DNA from: a virus | Virus record (IMG/VR): IMGVR_UViG_3300035137_000026 | Span: 133,731-197,730 of that record | Reading direction: 5' to 3' (one strand) | Length of the DNA stretch: 64,000 nt | In this document: positions 19,107 through 28,235 of the stretch, piece by piece | Layout: every line of letters starts with the position of its first letter | Numbering within the stretch: the stretch's first letter is position 1 | Translations under genes and position numbers: made by a program | The notes under the pieces: generated by a model | Seen by the model: the letters and a program-made list of their open reading frames with translations, nothing else | Told to the model about the DNA's origin: nothing | The model's database searches: none

Positions 19107-21209
19107 CTATCTCATCCTTTTCATATTTGTTGCGACAGCCAATGCTTGCTGATAGGCCGTGTGGCTAACATCCTCACGGGGGATGAACTCTACCAGTGTG
19201 CCGTCTTGTACCGTGAGTGTAATCGGGTGAATGTGTCCAGCCTCATTGTCCTCAGTTACTAGCTCAAGATCATTGATAATCACCTTGATGAGTGGTGGAG
19301 AATCATCACTTTCAGGTGCCGTAACCCTAACACTCCCACTAACAATATTGACTGTGTCTTCTTCGAGGCACTTTTCTAGCTTTCTCCACTGTCGGGGGAA
19401 GATGGTTGCTTCCATTCGGCCCGACTTGTCCTCGATGTTGACTACGGCCATGTTCATGCCACTCTTGGTCCTAATCTTTCTGATTGCTGACACAACCACT
19501 GGGATATTGATTGGCATCCCATCTTCAATTCCTTCTCCCTCCTTTAGCGCAGCAACGGTGTGTCGTGCGAGTCTAGAAAGACCAGGGTACTCGTCCATAG
19601 GATGTCCCGTCAAGTAAAATCCTAGCGTCTGACGCTCGAGCGCTAGCCTGTCTTGTCTTGAACCCTCATCTATCTCATTCATCTCCGGTAGTTGTGGCTC
19701 TTCCGGAATTTTGTATGGCTTTGGTTCTTTAAGCCGTTTTGGTTCTCTTCCCTTGGGGTTCTTCTTCCACTTCTTGATTTTCTCGTCTCTTATGCTTTGC
19801 TTTACATCAAAGTCTATCTGGCAGGCCTTCTCCTTCTCCTTGATTTTGGCTACACGTTCTACCCATTTAGGATGTTTCTCATAATACTTATACAGCTCGT
19901 CCAGGTTTTTTACCAGTTGTCCTCTGGAGAATTCTGTTATTTCTCCAAGAGCACCACATGCTGCGAGAGCTTTAACGGTCCCCTTGTTGATCTTCCGTTG
20001 GACCATCTCTTCTAGAGACTTGAATGGCCCGTTGGTGTTCCTCTCTTCCACGAGTGCATCACAAGCTTTTGGTCCTAATCCTTTGATTCCGGCCAGTCCA
20101 AATATTATCGTTCCATTGTTGATGGTGAACATTCCCTCTGAGATATTTACATCAGGTGGCTGGATTGGAATCTCTGCCTCTCTGCAGGCATAGATATACT
20201 TCACCAGATCCTCCTGATCCTTGAAGGATGCATTTAATAAGGCGGTATAGAACTCTGTAGGGTAATGAGTTCTTAGCCATGCTGTCTGGTACGAGATAAT
20301 TGAGTAGGCAACACTGTGACTGTTACAAGTCACAATACCCTGGTCTGTTACGAAGGTATGGTTTGGCGCTGCCATTTCTACATCGTACACATTCTCCTTC
20401 CCGCAGGGTTCTATGCTACGGATGGCTACAGGTTGAGTATACAAACCACGTTCTCCCATCCTAGTCCGCCCCATGGTATAGTATGCTTTCTTATGGCAGG
20501 AGACACAGTACGTTGCGAGATTATCTAGGCTGTTGTTGCTGTGGTTTCTGTCTATGTGATGTATCTCGAGACGCTGGTGTGTATGTTGGCAGCACTTGGC
20601 TTCACATTGGTTGGCCTTCTGGGAATTTAAAGCATATGGTATCAGGTTGCTATTTGAGTGGTGCCTTGGGTCATTAGCGGAACCTTTGTTAGTAAATCTG
20701 TATGTGGTATCTTGAGGTACATGCCCTGAGTTTATGTATAGGCGATCTTTGGGCTTTAGCTCTGCAGTAGTCTTCTCTCCATTAGTGGTCGGAAACTTGT
20801 GGTTCTCAGTGACCACAATACTGCGTCCATCTTCGGTTGTAATTCGGAATACAGATCTGGTACCTGCATATCTAATGTCTACGATTCTATTCTTCCGTAA
20901 CTTGCCGTCTTGACACATAGAGAATGCCGTCCCATATCCATATCGTCTATATCTGTAAGCTAGCGACGGTTTACCAATATTTCTAGCATATTCGGGATCG
21001 TTTGCTAGTTTGTACATCTGTTCGATGGTGGCCCGAAACTTATTTCTCTTCTGATGACCGACACGATATAATGTTTCTTGCCCGCTTATGCATTTGTTGA
21101 AACAATTAGAGGCCACCGACCCGTTATTTAGAACAAAGTTGTGATCAGCCTCAAGGCCAATGTCGAACACTTTCTGTTGGCCGAGGCTCTTACGGCTAAT
21201 AATTTTCAT
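19107..21209 (-). CDS. dnaE: DnaE-type DNA polymerase C-terminal part: Int-C + CFNK + HNH intein + HhH/OB region
   Basis: Spliced sequence CFNK|SHSVAYSIISYQTAWLRTHYPTEFY; IIFGLAGIKGLG; LGFYLTGHP; OB fold EDKSGRMEATIF. Confidence 0.93.
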   Translation of the reverse strand: MKIISRKSLGQQKVFDIGLEADHNFVLNNGSVASNCFNKCISGQETLYRVGHQKRNKFRATIEQMYKLANDPEYARNIGKPSLAYRYRRYGYGTAFSMCQDGKLRKNRIVDIRYAGTRSVFRITTEDGRSIVVTENHKFPTTNGEKTTAELKPKDRLYINSGHVPQDTTYRFTNKGSANDPRHHSNSNLIPYALNSQKANQCEAKCCQHTHQRLEIHHIDRNHSNNSLDNLATYCVSCHKKAYYTMGRTRMGERGLYTQPVAIRSIEPCGKENVYDVEMAAPNHTFVTDQGIVTCNSHSVAYSIISYQTAWLRTHYPTEFYTALLNASFKDQEDLVKYIYACREAEIPIQPPDVNISEGMFTINNGTIIFGLAGIKGLGPKACDALVEERNTNGPFKSLEEMVQRKINKGTVKALAACGALGEITEFSRGQLVKNLDELYKYYEKHPKWVERVAKIKEKEKACQIDFDVKQSIRDEKIKKWKKNPKGREPKRLKEPKPYKIPEEPQLPEMNEIDEGSRQDRLALERQTLGFYLTGHPMDEYPGLSRLARHTVAALKEGEGIEDGMPINIPVVVSAIRKIRTKSGMNMAVVNIEDKSGRMEATIFPRQWRKLEKCLEEDTVNIVSGSVRVTAPESDDSPPLIKVIINDLELVTEDNEAGHIHPITLTVQDGTLVEFIPREDVSHTAYQQALAVATNMKRMR
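20322..21092 (-). mobile_element. Intein with HNH endonuclease (257 aa) at the FNK|SH site of DnaE
   Basis: Begins CISGQETL, VTENHKF block B, LEIHHIDRNHSNNSLDNLATYCVSCH (HNH), ends IVTCN followed by Ser. Confidence 0.9.
21105..21209 (-). mobile_element. Split intein C-fragment (Int-C, 35 aa)
   Basis: MKIISRKSLGQQKVFDIGLEADHNFVLNNGSVASN followed by CFNK; strongly resembles the recalled Npu/Ssp DnaE Int-C. Confidence 0.93.
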
Positions 21210-21229
21210 GTATTTTCCTACTGGTATGC

Positions 21230-23977
21230 TCAGATGGCCCCTAGTGCCTCGCTATATATCTCAAGGTTGGCGAAAACCCCGCCTAGTTGGTCATTGCCAG
21301 ACAAGAATTGACATATGTCAATTCGGTCTAGATCATCTGGTATAACAGCAGATGTGTCTTGCGCCTTGTCTGCGTCAACCATTAGTCGGACATCATCAGG
21401 TTTCCAATGTATGTATCCACGGTGTTGATTGCCGTCACAGATATTGCCATCTACCGGTAACTGCACTGAGTATGCCCCGCCAACCCGTATGTAAGTTGAC
21501 AGCCTGTTACTAGCTGAAAGGTTCATGAATGTCCATATCGCATCATTGCTTGATCCACCATCGCTAAACACAAGAAATTGCCGATAAACACTTGGGGTAA
21601 AGTCTGGCAGCATAAAGTCAAATCCACAAGTATTTCTACCTCCGCTTCCGACTCCACCAAGATTTCCATCATCGCTCTTAAATCTTAGTTGATCCTTAGA
21701 TCTCGTCTCAGCTGAAGCTCCGGTAATTATTGGTGATGTAGCATAATCATAGTTCTCACATTGTGCGTACCAAATATAAATATCTTCTGTTACACCATCC
21801 CCTGCAAATGTGACGTCGTTATCATTTTCTGCGACAAACACACTCCAATAATGTGAAGCAGCAGTACCAGTAATTTTTAGTACCACCAAAACAAAACCAT
21901 CACCCAAGTCCTCGATGTATGGCAGAGCACCATTGCCGTTTGTTCCTATAGCAACATTAGCCAAGTCGAAGTGTGCATATGCTCCTGTTATGGAGTCAAC
22001 TACCTTAATCCACTCCTTGTCACCTGCTTTAAAGACTGCGCTGAATGTCCAATCGTCAGCTGTAAGCGTTATATTTGTCCGAACGCTATGAGTATCGTTA
22101 TCTACACTACAGACAACTGCATCCATTTGAATTCCTGGGCCGGGTCCATCAATGGAATCAGAGTTGATAGTACATCGTGTTTTGGTCCATACGGCATTAT
22201 TAAAGTCATCGCAATACGTAAATAGATTCTGTGACTGAGGTTCTGATAGTCCTCCCTTGATGATTCTCTTCTGTGTCGGGCGGGCCACACACCGCAACGC
22301 TTCTTCTCCAGCTAGATAATATCGTCGTGGTGGAACCTTCTCTAAGGTAATCTTATCAAATTCTACGTATCCGTCAGTACTTGCAAGTGCATATAGGAAA
22401 GGACCTCGTACAGCAGAAGCGGTATATGATACATCAAAGTACTGCCAGTCTGTGCTGGTGGTAAGATTGAAGCTAGCACTCCCAATGTTAGATACCCGAG
22501 GAGTGGTCACTCCATCGCTTCTACCGAATCCTGTTATTCTGTATCTCTCACCTGGCTCACATTGATGTAGTTGCCGTGCAAATGGGTTGGTTGTCCCATC
22601 ATATGCAATTCTAAGGCACCTAGAACCATCTACTGGATCACTTTGCTTAGTGAGTACTGCATCATTCTGAGCATCCCATCTAGCAACACCGGGAAGCTCC
22701 ATATCTCCATCCTCTAGATATATACGCTTTATTACGATGTTATCAAACTCTGAGTATCCAGAAGCACCCCAGTTATAAAGTCTTATATCGCCTGCGCTTG
22801 TTACGAATACCTCGTCTAACTCTTGCCACTCGTTGCTGATTGTGCCAGTCCAAATTGAGGTACCACCCCAGAGGATTCTAGGGTACCCGGAGCTGCCGTC
22901 GCCACGGGCTCTACCAGTGATACGGTATGTCTTGTTTGGTGTGAGAACCTGTTGATAGGCATACGCATTCATTGTACCATCATAGGCTACACGTAGTACC
23001 TGTCTTACTCCATATGACTCCTTAGTCAAAATAGCATCATTCCAAGGAGTCCAGTCGGAAGTTGACTCTCTTTCCATGTCACCGTCATTAACTACATTTC
23101 CGTCCGGCTCTGCTTTGTCTACATATGCAGGATAGTTTCTGGTCTTTAGGATTGGTGCAGCAGTGCCTTTGGCTAGCTGGGGCCACTGACCCCAAAACTT
23201 TGCTGATAGTTTTGCCGCTAGATCATCTTGTACATGTGTATCAAGCCAATCTTGGCCAATCCAGGTAGCGGCATAGAGTATATCTCCATCAAATGGTTGA
23301 TTAGCTACTCTTGAACCAAAGTGGAATTCATTAGCGCCATTCAGAGTGGAGTGATATGATGATACATCAACTGCCGAACCGCTAGGTAAGCCGTTAACAT
23401 ATATCTGAGCATATCCATTTCTATCTACAAATACCCATGCATCGTAATACCTACCTGTAATTAGGGTGTCTGAATATATGCCTATATAGCCACTTGAGTC
23501 ATGTAAGACAACACGCAGTCTATGTGATGATGTGAATGTCCATTCCCAACCAACATTGCCAGTTCTAGTTGCTAAGATAGATCGATGTGCGGAATCATCA
23601 GTACAATTGAAAATTATTCCTGATACTATATCCTCGGTCGATACCTGACCAAATGTTGCATTCCCAGCCTTATAAAAATCGCTTCCTGCTCCGGAGAAGC
23701 GTACAGAACGGTCCATTGGCCCAAGTGCTATAGATCCTTGCCGATACTCTGGCTGCGTGCCACCAGTTTGTCTAGTAAGAATTTCCCCATATTTCCAAGG
23801 AGCAAGATCAGTACTATTGGCATCTATTCCTCTATACCTGTATAGAGGAGATTTGGTTTGTCCATTGATAGTTAGAAACTCAGACAGTCGGGCTATGCCA
23901 TTGATGGGCATGTCTGGCTTATCTTTGTACAGCTCAAATGTCTTGAAGGCTGATGGTCTGGAACTACGTATGATCAT
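21230..23977 (-). CDS. Virion fibre/spike-like protein (LamG-like domain plus two carbohydrate-binding-like repeats)
   Basis: LamG-like N-region (WVFVDRNGYAQIYVNG); two ~130-aa repeats NDGDME/EDGDME...LTK...LR.AYDGT...YRITG; GLSEPQSQNL...WTK motif. Confidence 0.65.
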   Translation of the reverse strand: MIIRSSRPSAFKTFELYKDKPDMPINGIARLSEFLTINGQTKSPLYRYRGIDANSTDLAPWKYGEILTRQTGGTQPEYRQGSIALGPMDRSVRFSGAGSDFYKAGNATFGQVSTEDIVSGIIFNCTDDSAHRSILATRTGNVGWEWTFTSSHRLRVVLHDSSGYIGIYSDTLITGRYYDAWVFVDRNGYAQIYVNGLPSGSAVDVSSYHSTLNGANEFHFGSRVANQPFDGDILYAATWIGQDWLDTHVQDDLAAKLSAKFWGQWPQLAKGTAAPILKTRNYPAYVDKAEPDGNVVNDGDMERESTSDWTPWNDAILTKESYGVRQVLRVAYDGTMNAYAYQQVLTPNKTYRITGRARGDGSSGYPRILWGGTSIWTGTISNEWQELDEVFVTSAGDIRLYNWGASGYSEFDNIVIKRIYLEDGDMELPGVARWDAQNDAVLTKQSDPVDGSRCLRIAYDGTTNPFARQLHQCEPGERYRITGFGRSDGVTTPRVSNIGSASFNLTTSTDWQYFDVSYTASAVRGPFLYALASTDGYVEFDKITLEKVPPRRYYLAGEEALRCVARPTQKRIIKGGLSEPQSQNLFTYCDDFNNAVWTKTRCTINSDSIDGPGPGIQMDAVVCSVDNDTHSVRTNITLTADDWTFSAVFKAGDKEWIKVVDSITGAYAHFDLANVAIGTNGNGALPYIEDLGDGFVLVVLKITGTAASHYWSVFVAENDNDVTFAGDGVTEDIYIWYAQCENYDYATSPIITGASAETRSKDQLRFKSDDGNLGGVGSGGRNTCGFDFMLPDFTPSVYRQFLVFSDGGSSNDAIWTFMNLSASNRLSTYIRVGGAYSVQLPVDGNICDGNQHRGYIHWKPDDVRLMVDADKAQDTSAVIPDDLDRIDICQFLSGNDQLGGVFANLEIYSEALGAI

Positions 23978-23978
23978 T

Positions 23979-24662
23979 TTATTCTAGAACGAAAGTGCAG
24001 CTAACAGAGAGATCTTCGGCATCATTATTTGTTCCGTTAGCATCTGTTGTGATTTCTATGTCGTCATCGATGGAGACTGCATAATCTGTATCTATATCTA
24101 CTGTGGTATGCACCCAAGATGTAGAAACGTCTCGTCCTTCGTTAGAATTGGTAGTACAAACTTGAGTTCCACCAATAGAGACGTTAACTCTTGGTTGACT
24201 GGCTCCGGTATCTGCTGAAACTACACGATGAGATATTCTGGCTAGATATGCATTTCCTAGTCTCCACTGTATATATGTTGCTAAGTCATTTAGGACAAGA
24301 TCTGTATCGGCGGCATCGGCAAATAGGCCAGGTATATTTATATCTAGCTGCTGAACACGAGAAGTAGGACCAAACTGGATCTCGTCATCACTGACACCCA
24401 ATGGATATCCAGCTATTGTTACAGTACCACTAGAATAGTCAGTAATTATTCCGTAATACCAAGTACCGCCAGATTGGCGATAACGTATTGGACGACCGAC
24501 CTTAAACTTCAGCTGATTATCTGAGTCGTCTGTGACAGTGAAGCTTGATCCGGATACTCGAGTGAACGAGTTGCCACCGAACCATGCTTCTGATATAGAG
24601 AAATCACTAACAATTTCATGATAATCCAGCTCTTTAGAAAATGGATTATACTTATAGGGCAT
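23979..24662 (-). CDS. Putative virion structural/fibre-associated protein
   Basis: MPYKYNPFSKELDY start; beta-rich, Thr/Ser/Asp-rich composition. Confidence 0.5.
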   Translation of the reverse strand: MPYKYNPFSKELDYHEIVSDFSISEAWFGGNSFTRVSGSSFTVTDDSDNQLKFKVGRPIRYRQSGGTWYYGIITDYSSGTVTIAGYPLGVSDDEIQFGPTSRVQQLDINIPGLFADAADTDLVLNDLATYIQWRLGNAYLARISHRVVSADTGASQPRVNVSIGGTQVCTTNSNEGRDVSTSWVHTTVDIDTDYAVSIDDDIEITTDANGTNNDAEDLSVSCTFVLE

Positions 24663-24684
24663 TCACCGCCACCTCCACAGTTAA

Positions 24685-27537
24685 TTATAGTATTTCTGCC
24701 AGTTCATGTATAGTATACAGGCTATGATTCTCTTTGTATATGGTGTCAATATCTAGCATTGTGCCATCAATTGTAAGGAACTTATGATCCTTGGTGGCTT
24801 GAATAACAGTCCCGTCCTCGAGGGTGTATTCAAAGGTTTCCTGCTCGCCATTATCGTGCCACTGGCTGATGGGTTGTATGGTAATAAGGCCGTTGCTGAT
24901 TGAGTAGACATTACATTCCAGTTTATTACCTACAATATCCCCAATTCTCATGGGCCCAAACTCTACTGTGAGCACCTCAGTTTCGTATGTCAGACAATAT
25001 TTGGCGAAACCGGCAATATCGTCAAATAGCTTAGTAGCAATGCTCTCAGAGATACCATTTGTTATGCATCCGTTGACGAATTTCTCCCGCTCGGGCTCCA
25101 TCTTCTCCCGGATCTTCTTGCCAATGATCTGCCTCATATTGTCGGCTTCGGGTAATGTATATCCAGCCAAATCTGTACAGATCTTCATAATTTGCTCCTG
25201 GAAGCAATTATGGGAGACCACTCCATCAGCTATAAAGTACGGAAAGCTCTGGTCCTGCATCTGGATATCATAACATTCTGCCAGTTTGGGTTCTGCTGTA
25301 AGGACGTCGAGGTCTTGTGCCTTGTATTCTACATATACTGGAAACGTATCTTGCAGGTATGAAATTCTGTATGCTTCTTTATATACTGACAAGAAGCCTG
25401 GTATCCTCCAGACGTAGGAGTTGTTTCCCTGTGGTCTATACATCCCACTGCCATGAAGGCTACGTTGTAACTGTTTCTTGTGAGATGGAGACTTATAGAA
25501 TAGTTGCGAGCTTTTAATTAGCTGTCTTAATAGCTTTCTAGCTATAGGTGGATAATAACTATTTCCTATCCTGCACTTGTAATACTTACCGGGTAGCTTA
25601 GGAGCAATGAGGCTACAAAATGCATATCTGTCTACAATATATATGTAATTATCGGAGATACGATATGCTATCTTCAGCGAACGCAATAAATCTCCAATGT
25701 CTAACAATAGCTTGTGAGAAACAGACCGATAGTAAATTAAGTTCTTTCCGTAGTGGCCGTCTGCGTCCCATATTCCACGAAGTAGCTCTACCCTTGATCT
25801 TTCATTGAAGTCTCGGAACTGTGTGGGAAGTGTTTTGGTATGTGATTTACTTATCCATTGACCGACTCCATACTGTTTATCTAGAAAATTAGTTGGTGGA
25901 GATTTTCTAGGAGCAGTATTAAATTTCGAATAAGCATACCATGCTCTTGTGTTTTGATAATATTTGGGCTCGCCGCCAAAAACTCTTGATATCTCTTCAG
26001 AAATCCATTTAGCCTGTTCCTCTGTGCTACATGTAATGGTTTTAGTCCCTGGCTTCATTTCTCCGTTTCCGATGAGAAGCCCCAATATGTAAGCCTTATC
26101 TGAAATGTCGATCAGGTTACTATTAGTTGCCCACTGACTGTATAATACAGATCCACATCGGTCGATTTGCCCAGATAATTGAGTAGATAAATTGCACTTT
26201 AGGTCTTTTGTAGCACAGTCACCATCTGTTGTAAGCCAAACGTGATCATCTGATGATTGAATTTCTTGCTTGGTAGACAAGCCTATCCGTAGTGTTCTCT
26301 TTTGGCTTTTGTATACCTTATCTACTTTTCCTGTCCATATTTTGTGCCCGTCAGTGGTTAGAATACTACTGCCCGGTTGGATTTCTTCTATCTTTTGAGT
26401 TCCGTCCTCAGTGCTAATAGTAGTCCCTGCCGGTAGGCACATTACACCATAAGTTGATTTAAGGATGGGCTCCAGTTTTCTGTCTGGGTATTTAACCTCG
26501 GCCCCATTACGACCTGCAACATACTGGTTTGTGAGTCCTGTATTGAGTGGACCTGGCCTAAAGAGTGCTGTGATGGTCGACAGGTCGTCAATCGACTCTG
26601 GGTGGATCTTGATGCATAGATCTCTAAAGCCCGATGAAGTCTCAAACTGAAATATTCCATCCAGCTTTCCCTGTTGAAATGCATTTGTAAACACCTCCTG
26701 ATCGTGCTCGTTAATTGCATTAATATCTATGTCAATACCTTGATGCTTCTTAATCAGCCTAATAGCTTCCTGAATCACGGTCAGGTTCTTTAACCCAAGG
26801 AAGTCGTACTTAACCAGCCCAATATCTTCGACATCATTCATGTCGAATTGTGATGTTATCTCTCCACCCTTACCACGGAATAGTGGGATATGGGCTTGGA
26901 TTTCACTATCGGAGATCACGACACCAGCAGCATGAACGCCCGCCTGTTTATTGAGGTTCTCAGCTTTCTGTGCAAATTCAACTACTTGTGGCCATTGGGT
27001 ATTAAGAATATCTGGCTCAGCCTCGATAACTCGTTCGAAAGAGAGTGCCTTGCCTGCGTCATCTGGCGGTATCATGTTGGCAAGTTTATCTCCGACACTT
27101 CGATCAAATCCAAGTACTCTAGCAAAATCCCTGAGGCTTCCACGTGGCTTGAACACAGCATAAGTCCCAATCTGTGCAACTTTGTCAGCCCCATACTTCC
27201 CTCGGACATACTCAATCACCTCACCTCGACGTTCCTTGCAGAAATCAATGTCTAAGTCAGGGCTTGCCATTCTTGTATAAAATACAGGAGCAGTTGGCTT
27301 GCAGTCTGTTGCTTTGATCACATAGGCTACGGCAGAGTTACAAGCATTCGTTACTTGAACTTCACTTTCTTGTAAGTATAGCAGATAATCTATCGTATTA
27401 TCTTTGCCATGTTCTTTGTGAAATAATAGCCAATCTAGTTCGTCGTTGAACCACTGGATGACCGCCTCTTGTCTATCAATATCGACTTTGTCCAGTATCC
27501 GTTGTCTATAAATTTCTGTCGCTTCCGAATAAGGCAT
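24685..27537 (-). CDS. dnaE: DnaE-type polymerase catalytic core with an internal intein and a C-terminal Int-N
   Basis: SPDLDIDF, GVHAAGVVI, KYDFLGLKNLT, GIFQFE, ALFRPGP, GVM|CFQEQIM, FAKY|Int-N. Confidence 0.95.
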   Translation of the reverse strand: MPYSEATEIYRQRILDKVDIDRQEAVIQWFNDELDWLLFHKEHGKDNTIDYLLYLQESEVQVTNACNSAVAYVIKATDCKPTAPVFYTRMASPDLDIDFCKERRGEVIEYVRGKYGADKVAQIGTYAVFKPRGSLRDFARVLGFDRSVGDKLANMIPPDDAGKALSFERVIEAEPDILNTQWPQVVEFAQKAENLNKQAGVHAAGVVISDSEIQAHIPLFRGKGGEITSQFDMNDVEDIGLVKYDFLGLKNLTVIQEAIRLIKKHQGIDIDINAINEHDQEVFTNAFQQGKLDGIFQFETSSGFRDLCIKIHPESIDDLSTITALFRPGPLNTGLTNQYVAGRNGAEVKYPDRKLEPILKSTYGVMCLPAGTTISTEDGTQKIEEIQPGSSILTTDGHKIWTGKVDKVYKSQKRTLRIGLSTKQEIQSSDDHVWLTTDGDCATKDLKCNLSTQLSGQIDRCGSVLYSQWATNSNLIDISDKAYILGLLIGNGEMKPGTKTITCSTEEQAKWISEEISRVFGGEPKYYQNTRAWYAYSKFNTAPRKSPPTNFLDKQYGVGQWISKSHTKTLPTQFRDFNERSRVELLRGIWDADGHYGKNLIYYRSVSHKLLLDIGDLLRSLKIAYRISDNYIYIVDRYAFCSLIAPKLPGKYYKCRIGNSYYPPIARKLLRQLIKSSQLFYKSPSHKKQLQRSLHGSGMYRPQGNNSYVWRIPGFLSVYKEAYRISYLQDTFPVYVEYKAQDLDVLTAEPKLAECYDIQMQDQSFPYFIADGVVSHNCFQEQIMKICTDLAGYTLPEADNMRQIIGKKIREKMEPEREKFVNGCITNGISESIATKLFDDIAGFAKYCLTYETEVLTVEFGPMRIGDIVGNKLECNVYSISNGLITIQPISQWHDNGEQETFEYTLEDGTVIQATKDHKFLTIDGTMLDIDTIYKENHSLYTIHELAEIL
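24688..24996 (-). mobile_element. Split intein N-fragment (Int-N, 103 aa)
   Basis: CLTYETEVLTVEFGPMRIGDIV...QWHDNGEQETFEYTLEDGTVIQATKDHKFLTIDG then stop; strongly resembles the recalled Npu DnaE Int-N. Confidence 0.95.
25207..26439 (-). mobile_element. LAGLIDADG intein (411 aa) in DnaE at GVM|CFQEQ
   Basis: Begins CLPAGTTIS, SSDDHVW block B, LGLLIGNG and LRGIWDADG, ends VSHN followed by Cys. Confidence 0.92.
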
Positions 27538-28223
27538 ATTGTATCCTGTTGATAGATATATTTTACAAATGAATATACTCCTGCCTTGTTGTATATCCTA
27601 ATTTGCCATGTGTTGGTTCTCTTATCGTTATACCATCTTGGTCCAAATTTACTGAGAGAAATATATAAATGCTCAAAGAACGGATTGCGGCATCCAGTAA
27701 AAGATAAATGTAAATAATTGTGCTCCTTTACTTTGTTAACAAAGACACAACCATCTCCATCAAAAATGCCCCGGATAAAGTCCGGTGTGTATTCTCCTAG
27801 GTTTACCGTGGGCCAAGATAAGACATTGCTCTTGGTGGATATTAGACCAAACAATTCTAGCTGACTTACTATTTGGGGGTCTCTGGTCTTTATGCTATAT
27901 GTTCTAGCTCCGGCTTGTGGCTGGTAGGTATACAGCTTTTTGTTTGGGGTCAGTATTTGGTGTACTTCTTGTGCTAGCTGTAGGTCTTTGGTAGTAATGT
28001 CTAATATGGGGCTACCTTTACCATGATATAGGTTTCCGTCAGCCCAAACTAATCCTAAGATATATGCAGATATACTGTTGATATCCTCAAAAATATTATT
28101 ATCAGGATTCAGTCTACTAAACCCTGAACATGATCATGAGCAATATTTTTGTTTCGGTTTCTTTGGTTTGTAGAATAGGCGATTACAAGCCTGACATCTT
28201 TGCTCTTTGTGTGTTCCTGACAT
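27435..28223 (-). pseudogene. Free-standing double-motif LAGLIDADG homing endonuclease with one in-frame TGA
   Basis: From ATG 28223: MSGTHKEQRCQACNRLFYKPKKPKQKYCS*SCSG...AYILGLVWADGNL...DFIRGIFDGDGCV; TGA at 28134-28136; same frame as the tracked 27435..27854 ORF. Confidence 0.8.
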
Positions 28224-28235
28224 GCTCGAAGTATA

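Noticed and set aside
22560-23110. DNA-level tandem repeat or DGR template in the fibre gene
   Set aside because: The two modules are similar only at protein level; no near-identical nucleotide repeat and no reverse transcriptase in the window
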